A DNA stretch of 49,736 nucleotides from Tolypothrix carrinoi HA7290-LM1 (lineage in GTDB: Bacteria; Cyanobacteriota; Cyanobacteriia; Cyanobacteriales; Nostocaceae). The stretch lies in assembly GCA_019358935.1 (NCBI GenBank), contig JAHHIK010000062.1, forward strand, positions 1-49,736, written 5' to 3'. Below, in pieces: positions 29,336 to 40,364 of this stretch (the stretch's first letter is position 1; every line of letters starts with the position of its first letter). A program made the translations under genes and the position numbers. The notes under the pieces were generated by a model. It searched no databases and had not been told where the DNA came from. It saw nothing but the letters and a program-made list of their open reading frames with translations.

Positions 29336-30679
29336 CTAAAATCCAACAGTATCTACGCCCTCAATTTTTTCGTTGCTTGGAGGAGATATAAACACGCGAT
29401 CGCCCTTTTTCAGACCTTCTAACACTTGAACTTGGTCACCACTAGCTGCGCTCACCTTAATAGGTTGGAGCCGTGCCGTAGTTTTTTCATCAGCGACATA
29501 CACCCCTGTTTGACCATTAGGCTGAGTCACAACCGCAGCCAGGGGAATCACCAAGGCATTCTTAATTGGCTCACCCAGGAATGTGAGACTCATGTTCATC
29601 CCTGACTTGAGCTTTGCCTGCCCGGTAGAGAGTGCCACTTTCACCCGAAAGGAGGTAATATTGTTTTCTTGCACAGCCCTAGGTGCAATTAGGCTAACCT
29701 GTCCCTTAAAAGTTTCGTTAGAATAGGTGTCTGCTTGAATATTTACAGTCTGACCTGAATGAATTTTAGAAATGGTGGCTTCAGGAATTTTGGCTTCAAT
29801 TTCTAAGCCACTGGAGAGTTCAGCAATGGAGGTGGACGTTGCTCCTTCATTGGAAGAGGCTGATGTGGTAGGTGTGACGAAATCTCCCTCTTGAGCAAAG
29901 CGGCGGGTGATGATGCCTGCAAAAGGCGCACGAATAACCGTATTGTTGAATTGGCTTTGATAAAAAGCAAGTTGAGCTTTTGCCTGAGCCACTTCGGCTT
30001 CTGCTTGAGCAATTTCCTCAGGGCGCAGTCCGTTGCGGGCTTTTTTCAAACTCTCTCCCTGTTCCTTGAGTCGCGCTAGCTCTGCTTCCAAATTTGCCTT
30101 AGCTTCCCGTTGTTTAGCAATAAACTCTCCAAAGGCGTTCCGGGAAATTGCACCCTCTTGAGCTGGGATTTGATTACGTTTGAGTTCTTCTGTTGCACGG
30201 TTTAGCCTTGCTTGGGCTGCTGCTACAGATGCTGAGGCAGAAGCAACTCTGGCTTTTGCCTCAGCAATTTCTTCAAGACGAGTTCCAGAGCGCTTTAGTT
30301 CTAAGTCAGCCACAGCTTTTTCCAGTGATGCTAGATACTGATTGACCTGCGCCTGGACTTTCTCGCTACTCATACGGGCAATGATTTGTCCTTTGGTAAC
30401 GCGATCGCCCTCAGTCACATATAGTTTGGCAATGCGTCCAGAATCTTCTGGACTTAGGTTAATTTTTCGCACAGCTTGCACCACCCCGTTGGCTTGGATT
30501 TGTACCACCCAATCTTTAGTTTGTACCAATACAGTTTGGTTAGCTAGGTCTTGCTGAGAGGAAGTGTCTTCGGTCTTCAGGTAAACTAAAGTTGTGATGG
30601 TTCCTAAAGCTCCGATGAGCATGATTGCGGGTATCCAGAGATTTAGCTTCTTGACCCGACTCAACGGTAAAATTTGCAT
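29336..30679 (-). CDS. Efflux membrane-fusion protein (MacA/HlyD family)
   Basis: N-terminal TM, lipoyl half-motifs (V.EGD.V.KGQ; IRAPFAG), long coiled coil. Confidence 0.9.
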   Translation of the reverse strand: MQILPLSRVKKLNLWIPAIMLIGALGTITTLVYLKTEDTSSQQDLANQTVLVQTKDWVVQIQANGVVQAVRKINLSPEDSGRIAKLYVTEGDRVTKGQIIARMSSEKVQAQVNQYLASLEKAVADLELKRSGTRLEEIAEAKARVASASASVAAAQARLNRATEELKRNQIPAQEGAISRNAFGEFIAKQREAKANLEAELARLKEQGESLKKARNGLRPEEIAQAEAEVAQAKAQLAFYQSQFNNTVIRAPFAGIITRRFAQEGDFVTPTTSASSNEGATSTSIAELSSGLEIEAKIPEATISKIHSGQTVNIQADTYSNETFKGQVSLIAPRAVQENNITSFRVKVALSTGQAKLKSGMNMSLTFLGEPIKNALVIPLAAVVTQPNGQTGVYVADEKTTARLQPIKVSAASGDQVQVLEGLKKGDRVFISPPSNEKIEGVDTVGF

Positions 30680-30765
30680 TAGTATATTTTATTTAAGAGA
30701 ATTGAGAAGCGAACCAGTTTAGTTCAATGCTTCAATCGTAGGAGCTTGCCTGTGTTTACCACATG

Positions 30766-30856
30766 GATCTAAGTTCCCAAAAGCTCTTGTGACCAAAGTA
30801 CTGCAACTAATAGGACCTTGGTACTATACTCTTAGAGTAAATCGCGACCAAAGACT
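30766..30856. promoter_or_regulatory. Imperfect direct repeats between the efflux operon and the two-component genes
   Basis: GATCTAAGTTC (30766), GACCAAAGTAC (30791), GACCTTGGTAC (30814), GACCAAAGAC (30846). Confidence 0.45.
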
Positions 30857-30922
30857 CTGGTAAAGAGAAACTTCCATCGCGTACAGTATGAGCTGAGAAC
30901 CTTTTGTGAAGCCGCCAACACC

Positions 30923-32203
30923 GTGAACCGTCTTCTGCAACTTAAAACCCATCCTTTTCGTTTACTGCTCTACTTGGAATGGATTTTGTTGATAATTACA
31001 GTTCTGGGTGAGCTACCGTGGGAAGACATTCCCTACCTAGAAACACTGCTGGGAGAGTCTTATAATAGACCAAAACTGCTTCCGTACTCTTGGCTGCTAA
31101 ATATATTTTGCATTGTAGGATTCGGGTTAATGGGGTTGCGGTTGCCAAGGGGTACAACCGCAAGTAAATGGCTTTACACGGCGCTGGAATTGGGAATAAT
31201 CTGGCTCGTAAATGCCCTGGGAAGCTGGCGTATATCTTTTCTGTCTCCTTATCTAATTGTCGTCATCCGCAGTTGCCTAATTTTTAAACCAACGGGACGA
31301 CTGTTAGCTACTGGATTGATCTTTATTTCTTTCTTGCTATCACTGGTAATTTCGGTAAAGGATCTTCCAGCGATTCAACTGGAACTGACACAACCCAAAC
31401 CTGTAACGCTCAATGAAATTAGGATTTGGTTTATTATTAGTAGTATCAACACAGCATTTTTGTTTGGATTGGTGTTGGTATTTGTTTTAATGCTGGTGAA
31501 TGCGTTGCTGGCAGAACGTCAAAGTCGGCAAAAACTGACACTCGCCCACGACCAGTTACGCGAATATGCCTTACGGATAGAAGACCAGGCGACTTTACAG
31601 GAGCGTAACCGAATTGCCCGCGAAATTCATGATTCCTTGGGTCATGCAATGACGGCTCAAAGTATTCAGTTAGAAAATGCGTTGTTATTTTGTCACTCCA
31701 ACCCAGATAAAACCCAAGCATTTTTGACCGAAGCCAAGCAATTGGTAGCAACAGCTCTCAAAGAGATTCGTCAATCAGTCTCTAGGCTCCGGTCTGACTC
31801 ATTGCAAGGGAGAACTCTAGAATCAGCCCTCGCTACCCTGATTCAAGACTTTTACAAAAGGACGAACATCACCCCAGACAGCAAAATCAGCCTGACTTAT
31901 CCGCTGACGGCTGAAGTTATGACTGCTGTCTATCGCATTGTTCAAGAAGCCTTAACGAATATCTGCAAACACAGTGATGCAACACAAGTTACCCTTCAGT
32001 TGCAAACGATACATAGACATTTACATCTGCTGATTTCTGATAATGGTAGAGGCTTCAACCCAGAACAAAACACAACGGGTTTTGGACTTCAGGGAATGCA
32101 AGAAAGAACGGTAGCCCTGGGAGGTCATTTCAAGCTAGCAAGTGAAATAGGAAAGGGTTGCCGTGTCACTGTTGAGATTCCACTTGTGAAATTTCTGCCA
32201 TGA
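30923..32203 (+). CDS. Membrane sensor histidine kinase (HisKA_3, NarX/DesK type)
   Basis: Multiple TMs; [34 protein letters not shown]. Confidence 0.92.
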   Translation: MNRLLQLKTHPFRLLLYLEWILLIITVLGELPWEDIPYLETLLGESYNRPKLLPYSWLLNIFCIVGFGLMGLRLPRGTTASKWLYTALELGIIWLVNALGSWRISFLSPYLIVVIRSCLIFKPTGRLLATGLIFISFLLSLVISVKDLPAIQLELTQPKPVTLNEIRIWFIISSINTAFLFGLVLVFVLMLVNALLAERQSRQKLTLAHDQLREYALRIEDQATLQERNRIAREIHDSLGHAMTAQSIQLENALLFCHSNPDKTQAFLTEAKQLVATALKEIRQSVSRLRSDSLQGRTLESALATLIQDFYKRTNITPDSKISLTYPLTAEVMTAVYRIVQEALTNICKHSDATQVTLQLQTIHRHLHLLISDNGRGFNPEQNTTGFGLQGMQERTVALGGHFKLASEIGKGCRVTVEIPLVKFLP

Positions 32204-32868
32204 TTCGCTTGTTGCTAGTAGACGACCAAATTATCATTCGCCAAGGACTCAAGAGCTTACTAGAGTCTAAGCCAGACTTACAGGTGGTTGGAGATGCCGA
32301 AAATGGTCAACTGGCACTGGATCTGCTTGAGTCCCTACAGGGAACACCGCTACAACCGGATGTGGTGTTGCTGGATGTGCGGATGCCCGTAATGGATGGT
32401 GTAGCAGCGACCCAGCAAATTTACCAACGCTTTCCTCTGACGCAGGTTCTGATTTTGACCACCTTTGATGACGATGAATATGTTTCGCAGGCAATGCGCT
32501 TTGGGGCGAAGGGGTACTTACTCAAAGATACTCCGTCAGAGGACTTGGCGATGGCTATTCGGGCAGTTTACCAAGGTTACACTTATCTTGGACCCGGACT
32601 GTTTGAAAAAGCACTTCCACACCAAAGCACTGCTGCTCCCGTTAAGCCAGCCATTCCTCCTGAATTAGCGGATCTGTCGCCTAGGGAGTGGGAGGTATTG
32701 CGGTTAATTGCTTCTGGAGCGAGCAATCGTGAAATTGCACAGGCACTTTACATCTCAGAAAGAACTGTAAAAAATCATGTTACCAGTATTTTGAGTAGGT
32801 TAGGTTTACGCGATCGCACCCAAGCAGCGCTTTTTGCCAGTTCGTTCCTTCCCCTGCTGGATGCTTAG
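32200..32868 (+). CDS. NarL/LuxR-family response regulator
   Basis: LLVDD, DVRMP, GYLLKD; HTH LSPRE.EVL.LIA.G.SN.EIA. Confidence 0.93.
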   Translation: MIRLLLVDDQIIIRQGLKSLLESKPDLQVVGDAENGQLALDLLESLQGTPLQPDVVLLDVRMPVMDGVAATQQIYQRFPLTQVLILTTFDDDEYVSQAMRFGAKGYLLKDTPSEDLAMAIRAVYQGYTYLGPGLFEKALPHQSTAAPVKPAIPPELADLSPREWEVLRLIASGASNREIAQALYISERTVKNHVTSILSRLGLRDRTQAALFASSFLPLLDA

Positions 32869-33282
32869 CGGGACTTTATAAACCTATTTCTCTACTTGGA
32901 CGTATTGACAGAATTTACTCGCTTTTAACTTGTTACCAATGCATCAAATACAACCGTTACCTTCAAGTTCACATAAACCTTTGGATAACCACAGAAGAGT
33001 TGCCTTATACCAAGAGATTTTCTAGATTCTTTATTCTAGAATGAACCTTCTCCAACCGAGTGCCATGACGACGCACTTATCTACACAAAACGCGCAACCC
33101 TCCCCAAATCAAGCAGAATTTTTAGTATTAATCGACAATTATTTCTAATAAACTGCTTGATTTGGGGCACTTCACGAGTATCCGTGGAGCGCAGAACGAG
33201 TACCCGTAAAAGGTTTGCGCGTTTTGTGCAGGTTTTCCCCCGGAACGCGACGGTTGGAGTATCTGTACAAAAGAAATTAATT

Positions 33283-33318
33283 ATACATTTTAACTTTTGT
33301 ACAAAAGTTAAAATGTAT
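33283..33318. promoter_or_regulatory. 36-bp perfect palindrome upstream of parA (candidate centromere/operator)
   Basis: ATACATTTTAACTTTTGT|ACAAAAGTTAAAATGTAT, with related TACAAAA repeats on both sides. Confidence 0.6.
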
Positions 33319-33383
33319 CAAAAAACAAAGTTACAAAAATGTAATAATATTTTTATGCTTAGGTAAATTTGTCTTTTAGTACA

Positions 33384-34243
33384 ATGGAAGGAAACTACAC
33401 TCCTACAGTTGTCACTTTGGGATTGGCTTTCTTGACAGGGAAAGTCAACGGTTGCCCTGATGCTGGGTCGATACCTGGGGCGGTTGGGAATTCCCGTACT
33501 GTTCGTTGATGCTGACCCGCAATCATCGCTCACTAGCTTTTTGGGTGTAAAAGTACAACCCTCGACCCCCACTTTGCTGGAGGTAATCACCCAGCCGGAA
33601 GAAAAAAGCAAGATTGTTAATGCGATCGCCCCAGTACCAAATGTCCAACTTGACAACCGCACTATCAGTAACACCAACTTGTTTTTAATCCCAAGAGACG
33701 ATGGACTTGAGAACGCGAATTACAAACTAGCATCCAGCGGCAGCGCGTTTATTTATCCTGAGAAATCGCCTACGGAACATTGCCAACAACTTTGGCGTAA
33801 TAATTGTAGATCCACCGCCTGAGCGATCGCACCTAGCTCAAACTTCCCTTGGTGCTGGTGATAAGTGGGTTATCCCAGCAGAAGCCAACGTCAAGGGAGT
33901 GCAGTCACTCGTGCGGACTTTGGAATTGGTCAAAGAATTTCAGCCAGCTTTACCTTATGGCGAATTAATGGGAGTGGTTCCCTTTCGTGCCAAGTGGACG
34001 GGTGTAAATCCAACCAAAGCCACTAAAAGCAGTATCGAAGCAATGGGCGAAATAGTGGGAAAAGATTTGATGTTACCCCACCTGCTCGAATCCGATGTAT
34101 ATAAAAATGCTATCAACCAACGGGTATCACCAGCAGACTTAGGACAACCGGGACTGGAATATCCAATTGCGGTATTGGCGCAGAAGCTAAAACCAGCATT
34201 AGCCGAACAGTACGCAAAACTAATCCCCTACGTAACAGTGTAA
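33384..34243 (+). pseudogene. parA: ParA-family ATPase with two frameshifts
   Basis: QGKST out of frame with ATG 33384; VDADPQ.SLT; second shift near 33750 into ILRNRL...IIVDPPP...IPAE.NVKG, continuing into ORF 33899-34243. Confidence 0.8.
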
Positions 34244-34265
34244 TTTATAGTAGCAGGAGCAACCA

Positions 34266-34709
34266 ATGAGCCTATTAGATGAAATTCGCGCTCGTTCTAC
34301 TCAACCTACCGTGGAGCCACGTATTGATGTATTGCAGCAAGAGAAGATTGATGACACGTTGAATGCGATTGCCCCTTCAGCACCTCAGGATAAGTTCGCA
34401 CTTAGAACAACTGAGATATCGGAACTTAAACGCCTAGAAGAATTACTCGCCAACTTTCCAGAAATTGCTGCGAGAATACCCGTGCGGTTAGAAACTCCAA
34501 TTAAAGACGAACTCGACGAATTGTGCAACCGAGAAAAAGTCACAATCGAAACATTACTCGAAGCATTTTACGTAACTTGTAAGGATAAAGAATCAGTGAT
34601 GCGGCAAGTTATTCTAGAAGCAAAAAAGCGGTTGAAAAGTCGGAAGGAGGCGGGTAATATTCGCTCCAGTCTTACCAAACTTAATAACTTAACTAAAAAT
34701 ATAAAGTAG
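34266..34709 (+). CDS. Hypothetical protein, probable ParA partner (DNA-binding)
   Basis: AGGAG Shine-Dalgarno site; directly after parA; RHH-like segment IPVRLETPIKDELDELC. Confidence 0.65.
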   Translation: MSLLDEIRARSTQPTVEPRIDVLQQEKIDDTLNAIAPSAPQDKFALRTTEISELKRLEELLANFPEIAARIPVRLETPIKDELDELCNREKVTIETLLEAFYVTCKDKESVMRQVILEAKKRLKSRKEAGNIRSSLTKLNNLTKNIK

Positions 34710-34805
34710 TAACGCGCGATCGCGCCCGTCACAACAACGGCTGTGCCGACGTGTAATCGTAAGAAAAGCGTGACGAAAAACTCAAGTTGAAAGAGGAGAA
34801 AAGCA

Positions 34806-34916
34806 ATGAATACCTTGCAGACTGTCAAAGAAGTTTCCGTCGGAGAAATCACCAAAGCTATCTTGGTAGATTTACAAAAACTCTCCTCTTATTCTGGAGA
34901 ACCAATGGCAGCGTAG
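34806..34916 (+). CDS. Possible 36-aa small protein or gene remnant (MNTLQTVKEVSVGEITKAILVDLQKLSSYSGEPMAA)
   Basis: GAGGAG Shine-Dalgarno site upstream; hairpin GTCACGC-ttgtcg-GCGTGAC directly downstream. Confidence 0.3.
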   Translation: MNTLQTVKEVSVGEITKAILVDLQKLSSYSGEPMAA

Positions 34917-35028
34917 AGGGTAGTCACGCTTGTCGGCGTGACCCCTAAATTATTGGCGAGGAGTGGTTTTTTGGCTTTTTTCTCTGATAAAGCTGCTTGA
35001 CGGGAGCAAAGGAGGCAAGGGCATTGCT

Positions 35029-35916
35029 CTACAAATACAAAGCGCTGCTATCATCGGGCAATGCGTGCAAGTATTTACTGGTAATCGCGATATTGCTGTG
35101 TCCCAAAGTCTTCTGAATCAAAGCAAGGTTCGTACCCTTTTGAATGCTGTGGGTGGCATGAGCATGGCGCAACCAGTGACAAGAAGCTTTCTCGTTGACT
35201 CCAGCACGGAGTGCAGCAGCTTTGACAATCGGGTGAATGTTTTGTCTGTGCAAGTGTCCTTTGGTTTTGTGGCTTACAAACACTGGGGCATCCGGTGGGG
35301 CGAAACCTCTCAAGCTTAGAAGAAGCTGCCAAAGGTCTAATGGCAGTCGGATAGAACGCCGTTTGTTCCCCTTGCCCAGCACTGTTATCTGCCCGGAGTC
35401 ACCGCGTGGCATCAAATCTTTCCACTTCAGCCCACACAGTTCGCTAACCCGCAATCCTCCTTTATAAAGTAAAGTTAAGATGATGTAATCGCGGGTGTTT
35501 GTAGCCCCATCAATTAGCAGATCCACTTCTTCAAAGGACAAATAGCGCTCGGTCAGATTGTCGTCTGATCTCTTGATTTTGAGGGCGCTGCCAACATTGA
35601 ATTCTATGTACTCCATCTTGGCTGCGAACGAAAACAGCGACTTGATAGCTGACAGGTGATTTTCTTGGGTGAGGGTCGAATTTCCCTGAGTTTCCAACTG
35701 CATCCAGTAATCGTGCAAATCTTCAAGCGTTACCTCGGGTAAGGATTTACCTACAAATCCCAAAAACTTAGTGATGATGCGTTGGTAAGCTGACTGGGTT
35801 AAAGTCGCTTTGCCGTGCAGCCACATTTGAATTAGTTTTTGTTGAGCGTCAACAGGTGCTAGGTGTCGCAACTGCTTGCGATCGCGGATGTCCTGAACCA
35901 GGGCAAGAGGGGCCAT
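35029..35916 (-). CDS. Tyrosine recombinase (Xer/resolvase-like)
   Basis: GLRVSEL, GKGNK.R, HWLRH, LGH, Y catalytic motifs; start set at MAPLALV. Confidence 0.92.
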   Translation of the reverse strand: MAPLALVQDIRDRKQLRHLAPVDAQQKLIQMWLHGKATLTQSAYQRIITKFLGFVGKSLPEVTLEDLHDYWMQLETQGNSTLTQENHLSAIKSLFSFAAKMEYIEFNVGSALKIKRSDDNLTERYLSFEEVDLLIDGATNTRDYIILTLLYKGGLRVSELCGLKWKDLMPRGDSGQITVLGKGNKRRSIRLPLDLWQLLLSLRGFAPPDAPVFVSHKTKGHLHRQNIHPIVKAAALRAGVNEKASCHWLRHAHATHSIQKGTNLALIQKTLGHSNIAITSKYLHALPDDSSALYL

Positions 35917-37116
35917 TGTCAAAAAGCGAGTTAACAGACAAAAGTATTCTTCTGTCTGATTATCCCCTGAAAAGGGCGTCTGCACTGCACAAAACGTGGA
36001 ATATACACAGTGGTTACTAAATGCTGTACTGGGGTGAGCCTGCACTTAAGTCCCCGCGAACAGGCGATCGTCACCCACGTCCATCAAAACTCGTTTGTTT
36101 TACGACTGTCAAACATCGTTATCCGAGCCGATTTTTTGCCCTTTTTGTAAAAATTGCCCCCTACGGCAGATTACGGAGCGCTGCGGCTACAGGCTGTTCA
36201 TTGACACCGCCACCCTTGGCAGGAACAGAGAGCTATTTATTGTTAACCCCCCAAGCAACTCTACTGAACGCATCATCTCAACTCAAGATGTGGGGGAAGT
36301 CGTTGATTGGTTAAGGAAGCAGGATTTATTTGAGTGAGCTTTAAGCGACTCCTGCCTCTCTTTGCCGAAGCGCTGCTGTACACCCCGGTGTAACGCCGAA
36401 GCTGGCTCACGCTCACGGGAGAACTTCATATAGAAAAAATATGGCTTGCTGTGTTTTTAAATCCACCTAGGCTACCCATTCGACTATCTCAAATCCTGTG
36501 GTAGGAGCAAGCAAAAAATAGTCATACAAAAGATTCTAGAAGCATAAAACTTGAGATTAGAAGCATAACTGAAGTATTTAGTATCGGGTTTTTCTTGGGC
36601 ATTGTTCTTATAAAATCTTCTGAATGCTTACTGTACGCATTATTTTACTTTTCCAGTCTGATCAAATCTTTTTTAATCTTGGAATTTATTTAAATAAAAA
36701 TACTCAATTGCGCCAAGCGTGATAGAAAGCCGGGACTGTTGAAAAGTATAACGATTGAGTTTTAGTACCTCGACCAGTTAGAGGGATTGCCGTTTATCCC
36801 TGTGGTTTTAGGACTTTGGACGCTTGTTTACAAACGTAGATGTCTAGCATTGACTACATGCACTCTTTGCAATGGAGCGCGATTTCTTTGAGCGGTAAAT
36901 ACGAAATAAAAATTATCAGAAGTGAATGTTCTTTACTAAAACTAACGGACGGTGGCATGAGCCGTGGGAGTCATTTCTAATAAAAGCAATAATTGCAACC
37001 ATCTCCATCGCACCATAATGAAGGAGCCACCAAGATAGCTGGGTAGTAGGTGGGACAACCATTACTACCACTGCTTCAATGTTCTGGTTGTATTTCTGGA
37101 CAACGCTTGATACTTC

Positions 37117-38841
37117 TCACTCCAAGAATAGCTTGTTCGTCATCCACTCCTTACGCAGATTGTTGAGATATTCTGGGCTAACAGTATCAAGCGTGATAGC
37201 TGGTTTTTGTCCGGGTTTATAGCTGGTAATATCTGGTAGAATATCCAACTGCATGGGGTCAACTGAGATAAATATTAGCGGTTGTCCTAATTGCTTAGAC
37301 TGTGGTTTTAGTTCGTTAAATCTTTCTTTTAATTGAAGCCTTAGTGCTGCATCTTCTACAATCTTGGCATTAGTTATTAGGTTGTACAGTACACCATAAC
37401 TATCATTAACCGTACCGTCTGGCTCGACGTTATAATTACCTTGAGCGATGATATAAAGGTTCTTTCTAATGTTGCTGTCACCGATACCCAATGCTGCTAA
37501 ATTAAATGATTGAGTGTCGATAATTAGACAAACATTCAGTTCCCGACCAACTGTAATAATGGTGCTGATTTTCTTGAGATAAGGTTGAAACCATTGTTCG
37601 TCCTTAACTGTTTCGTATTGAGAATGCCAATCAGCAAGGATTAACCTGACTGGTTGGTTGTCGAATTCATGGCGGCGATGTTCTGGAACCCTCCGGCGCT
37701 GATCGTAAATGTTGTAAACTTGGTCAATGGCTGCCATCGCCAGTTGTGGTTCTAGGGGGTCAAATAACAGTACCCGTCCTTTTTTATCCAACCCACAGAA
37801 AGAATCGTTCTTTTGAGCGATCGCCCAAACTGAGGCTCCTTGAAATCGCTCGTTAAATTTGGTCAGCATATACGACTCAGTTACGCTTTTACCAGCACCT
37901 GTACCACCAACAATTAGAGTTGAACGTTTTGCAGCCAGAATTCTGTTAAGTGGTTCAAGTGTGGGACTGGGGCTGTCAGGGGGCTTATCCTGAGTCGGCT
38001 CAATTTGTTGAGGTTCACCCTCTACAATTGCTCCCTTGTCTCCTTCTCCCTCTACCTTGTCTCTGGGGTCAATTGTCCCTTGTAGGGTTTGAGAGCCTTG
38101 CAAATAGGGGGTTTTCTGAGACTTGAGAAAGTTAACATACTCCTGCTTCTGCTGTTCCGTCATACCAGCGGTTTCAGCTTCAAACACCGCGTCTTTTGCT
38201 TCCATCTGGGTGATTTTTATTTCGGTTTCACCCAGGATTTCAGCCTTTTGGATGTCCACAGTGCGATCGTTAGCAACGAGATCCAAGTCGGCTTGCAATT
38301 CGACCTGCTTGACTACCACTTCACGATAATCGTCCATTAGTTCTGACTGTGCTTTGAGTTCAGCCTTTGCCACATCCCGTTTTTCAGCAACAGTTTGGAA
38401 GTTAGCCAGTTTGCGCTCGTCAGACTGCAAATGCCGCAGCATCCACCCCGCAGAGGCAAACCCAACGAATGCACCCAAAGCCCACAGTGGTTTGAGGGGA
38501 TTACTGGCTTTAACTAAGCCCTTGGGTGAAATACCCTCGTTGGGTACAATAGTGGTCGGCATTCCGTCTTTCTTCCACTGCTGCCAATGCCATACAGTCA
38601 TACGGTAGGGACAGTTGTGATTATCGACACACCGGAATTCGTTCTGGGGAGTGCGGATGCAGAAATAAATCCGGTTGCTACTTTCCCCAGTCCAAGCAAC
38701 AGCAGCGCAAGTTATGCCAACAGCACTCGTTACCCCAATGGCGGCAATCTTCCTATCAAACGGCAATCCCCCAAACCACTGCATGAAGCTGGATTGCTGA
38801 GTTGAGGCTAATTGTTCGTGTTGTTCTGTCAAGTAGCTCAT
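37117..38841 (-). CDS. Membrane-anchored P-loop ATPase, FtsK/HerA/coupling-protein-like
   Basis: Two TM segments, coiled coil, Walker A GGTGAGKS, atypical Walker B LILADW, GRELNV, IDTQS. Confidence 0.75.
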   Translation of the reverse strand: MSYLTEQHEQLASTQQSSFMQWFGGLPFDRKIAAIGVTSAVGITCAAVAWTGESSNRIYFCIRTPQNEFRCVDNHNCPYRMTVWHWQQWKKDGMPTTIVPNEGISPKGLVKASNPLKPLWALGAFVGFASAGWMLRHLQSDERKLANFQTVAEKRDVAKAELKAQSELMDDYREVVVKQVELQADLDLVANDRTVDIQKAEILGETEIKITQMEAKDAVFEAETAGMTEQQKQEYVNFLKSQKTPYLQGSQTLQGTIDPRDKVEGEGDKGAIVEGEPQQIEPTQDKPPDSPSPTLEPLNRILAAKRSTLIVGGTGAGKSVTESYMLTKFNERFQGASVWAIAQKNDSFCGLDKKGRVLLFDPLEPQLAMAAIDQVYNIYDQRRRVPEHRRHEFDNQPVRLILADWHSQYETVKDEQWFQPYLKKISTIITVGRELNVCLIIDTQSFNLAALGIGDSNIRKNLYIIAQGNYNVEPDGTVNDSYGVLYNLITNAKIVEDAALRLQLKERFNELKPQSKQLGQPLIFISVDPMQLDILPDITSYKPGQKPAITLDTVSPEYLNNLRKEWMTNKLFLE

Positions 38842-39377
38842 CTTCTCCCCCTGCTACCACTCTTCACAAAAGCCAACACAATGGCAATAACTACTGCAAT
38901 CCCCAATCCATTAACCCAGTTGGGAGAACTTGTGGGGGGTGCGTACATCTCCCTGATTTCGCTTTGTGCCACAGTTTTTGATGTACTTGCTTCTAGCCAT
39001 TCTCCCACTGGTTCTGATAGAGAACACAGTAGGGCAAGCGAGGCGCTAGCACCCGTCATGATGTTGGTTAAAAGCTTCCCCTTCTCCCCCGCTGCTGTGG
39101 CAGTGAAGTACAAATGAGCTACACCCAAAGCGAGAAACATTCCAACAGGGTGGACTTGTAGCAGGTGAAACGTAAAGATTACGGCAGAATTAAGAGATGC
39201 ACCCGCCACTATCTCGCAACAGTTACCAGCCCGTCGAAATGTCCTCTCTCGGTTGTTTTCTGGTAAGGGTTTCTGTTGCGTGTTGGGTTGTTGGGATTTC
39301 TCTTGTTGTTGAACCAGCCCCGTATATTGGAAAGGGCTGGTATTAGTTGGGGTTTCAGGTTCTTTCCGTGCTAACAT
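38838..39377 (-). CDS. Hypothetical membrane protein
   Basis: Several hydrophobic segments; ATGA overlap with the ATPase gene. Confidence 0.7.
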   Translation of the reverse strand: MLARKEPETPTNTSPFQYTGLVQQQEKSQQPNTQQKPLPENNRERTFRRAGNCCEIVAGASLNSAVIFTFHLLQVHPVGMFLALGVAHLYFTATAAGEKGKLLTNIMTGASASLALLCSLSEPVGEWLEASTSKTVAQSEIREMYAPPTSSPNWVNGLGIAVVIAIVLAFVKSGSRGRR

Positions 39378-39390
39378 CCAGCATCCCCTT

Positions 39391-40134
39391 TTAGCGGTTT
39401 CCTAGTCCATTCCAGAAATTAGTCCACCAATTCCCAAAACCCCGAACTGTACCGCTTGCTGATACGGAACTGGCTGGTGTAGTACTGTCAGCAACTGATA
39501 CTGGTATCGTTTCTGGTTGCTCTTGATGGGGGTTCAACGCCCTGGAACCGTGTCTGGCACGAGCAAGTAATTCTTGCCTTCTGGCTCTCAATCCCTCCTG
39601 GATGGTTTGCCGCTGCTCACTAATTTGGTGGCGACTCTCGATGGAAGACATCTTGTTTTCATGCCGCCACAATTCCCCTTGTAAGTCCTGGTGCAGTTGG
39701 GCTGCAATTTCAGTAAGGGCATTCTTCCGCTTTTGTTCGATTCGCAGTAGGTCAGCCCTATCTTGCGCGTCGATTTTTTGCATCTTTGCGTCAAATTCAC
39801 CATTGAGCTTGCGGATTTTAGCGATCGCGTTGGCAACTTTAGAGCCGAATTGTTTTCTTAGCTCCGTCCAGGTAACTTGCCCGTCTGCCAGTTTCTGCAT
39901 TGCCTCGAAGTAGGTTTTGGCGTTTTCCAGAAACGGGTCGAGGTACTGGGCTAGCTGGTCGGCGTTCTGCGCCATATCAGCAAATTGTTCAAGTTTGGAG
40001 ACATCACTAAGGTACGCCAGAATATCAGCGTCTACACCACCCCAGGCAAGGGATTTTTCGTCGATGTGGGAGCTATGCCCCATTGCTGGGTTAGAGATTC
40101 CAAAATCCATAAATTCTCCTCTTGTTTGTTTCAA
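39391..40134 (-). CDS. Hypothetical coiled-coil protein (likely start MDFGIS)
   Basis: Long helical Q/E/K/R-rich ORF in the same operon; AGAGGAG upstream of the internal ATG. Confidence 0.7.
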   Translation of the reverse strand: MKQTRGEFMDFGISNPAMGHSSHIDEKSLAWGGVDADILAYLSDVSKLEQFADMAQNADQLAQYLDPFLENAKTYFEAMQKLADGQVTWTELRKQFGSKVANAIAKIRKLNGEFDAKMQKIDAQDRADLLRIEQKRKNALTEIAAQLHQDLQGELWRHENKMSSIESRHQISEQRQTIQEGLRARRQELLARARHGSRALNPHQEQPETIPVSVADSTTPASSVSASGTVRGFGNWWTNFWNGLGNR

Positions 40135-40364
40135 CTTTTCTTCTTAAATTAAATGGTCGTGTCCAAGTGGCGCGTGGTTCGCCAAAGTACCGGATGATTG
40201 CTTGTGGTACTACCCGCACGTCCAGGAGCAATCAGTTCGTCCCAGATGGTTGCGTTTCAACGCGCTCCCAAATGCTTCAAGCTGACATGCTGCTTTCAAT
40301 TTGTTGGATGTAGTCCCGCAGAGGTGCAGTTTCAGTTGGGTGCGGTCGAGTTGGTCGAGAATAT

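Noticed and set aside
36021..37110. Short ORFs (36021-36314, 36095-36337) and a possible oriT
   Set aside because: No recognisable motif or nic site; cannot be supported without searches.
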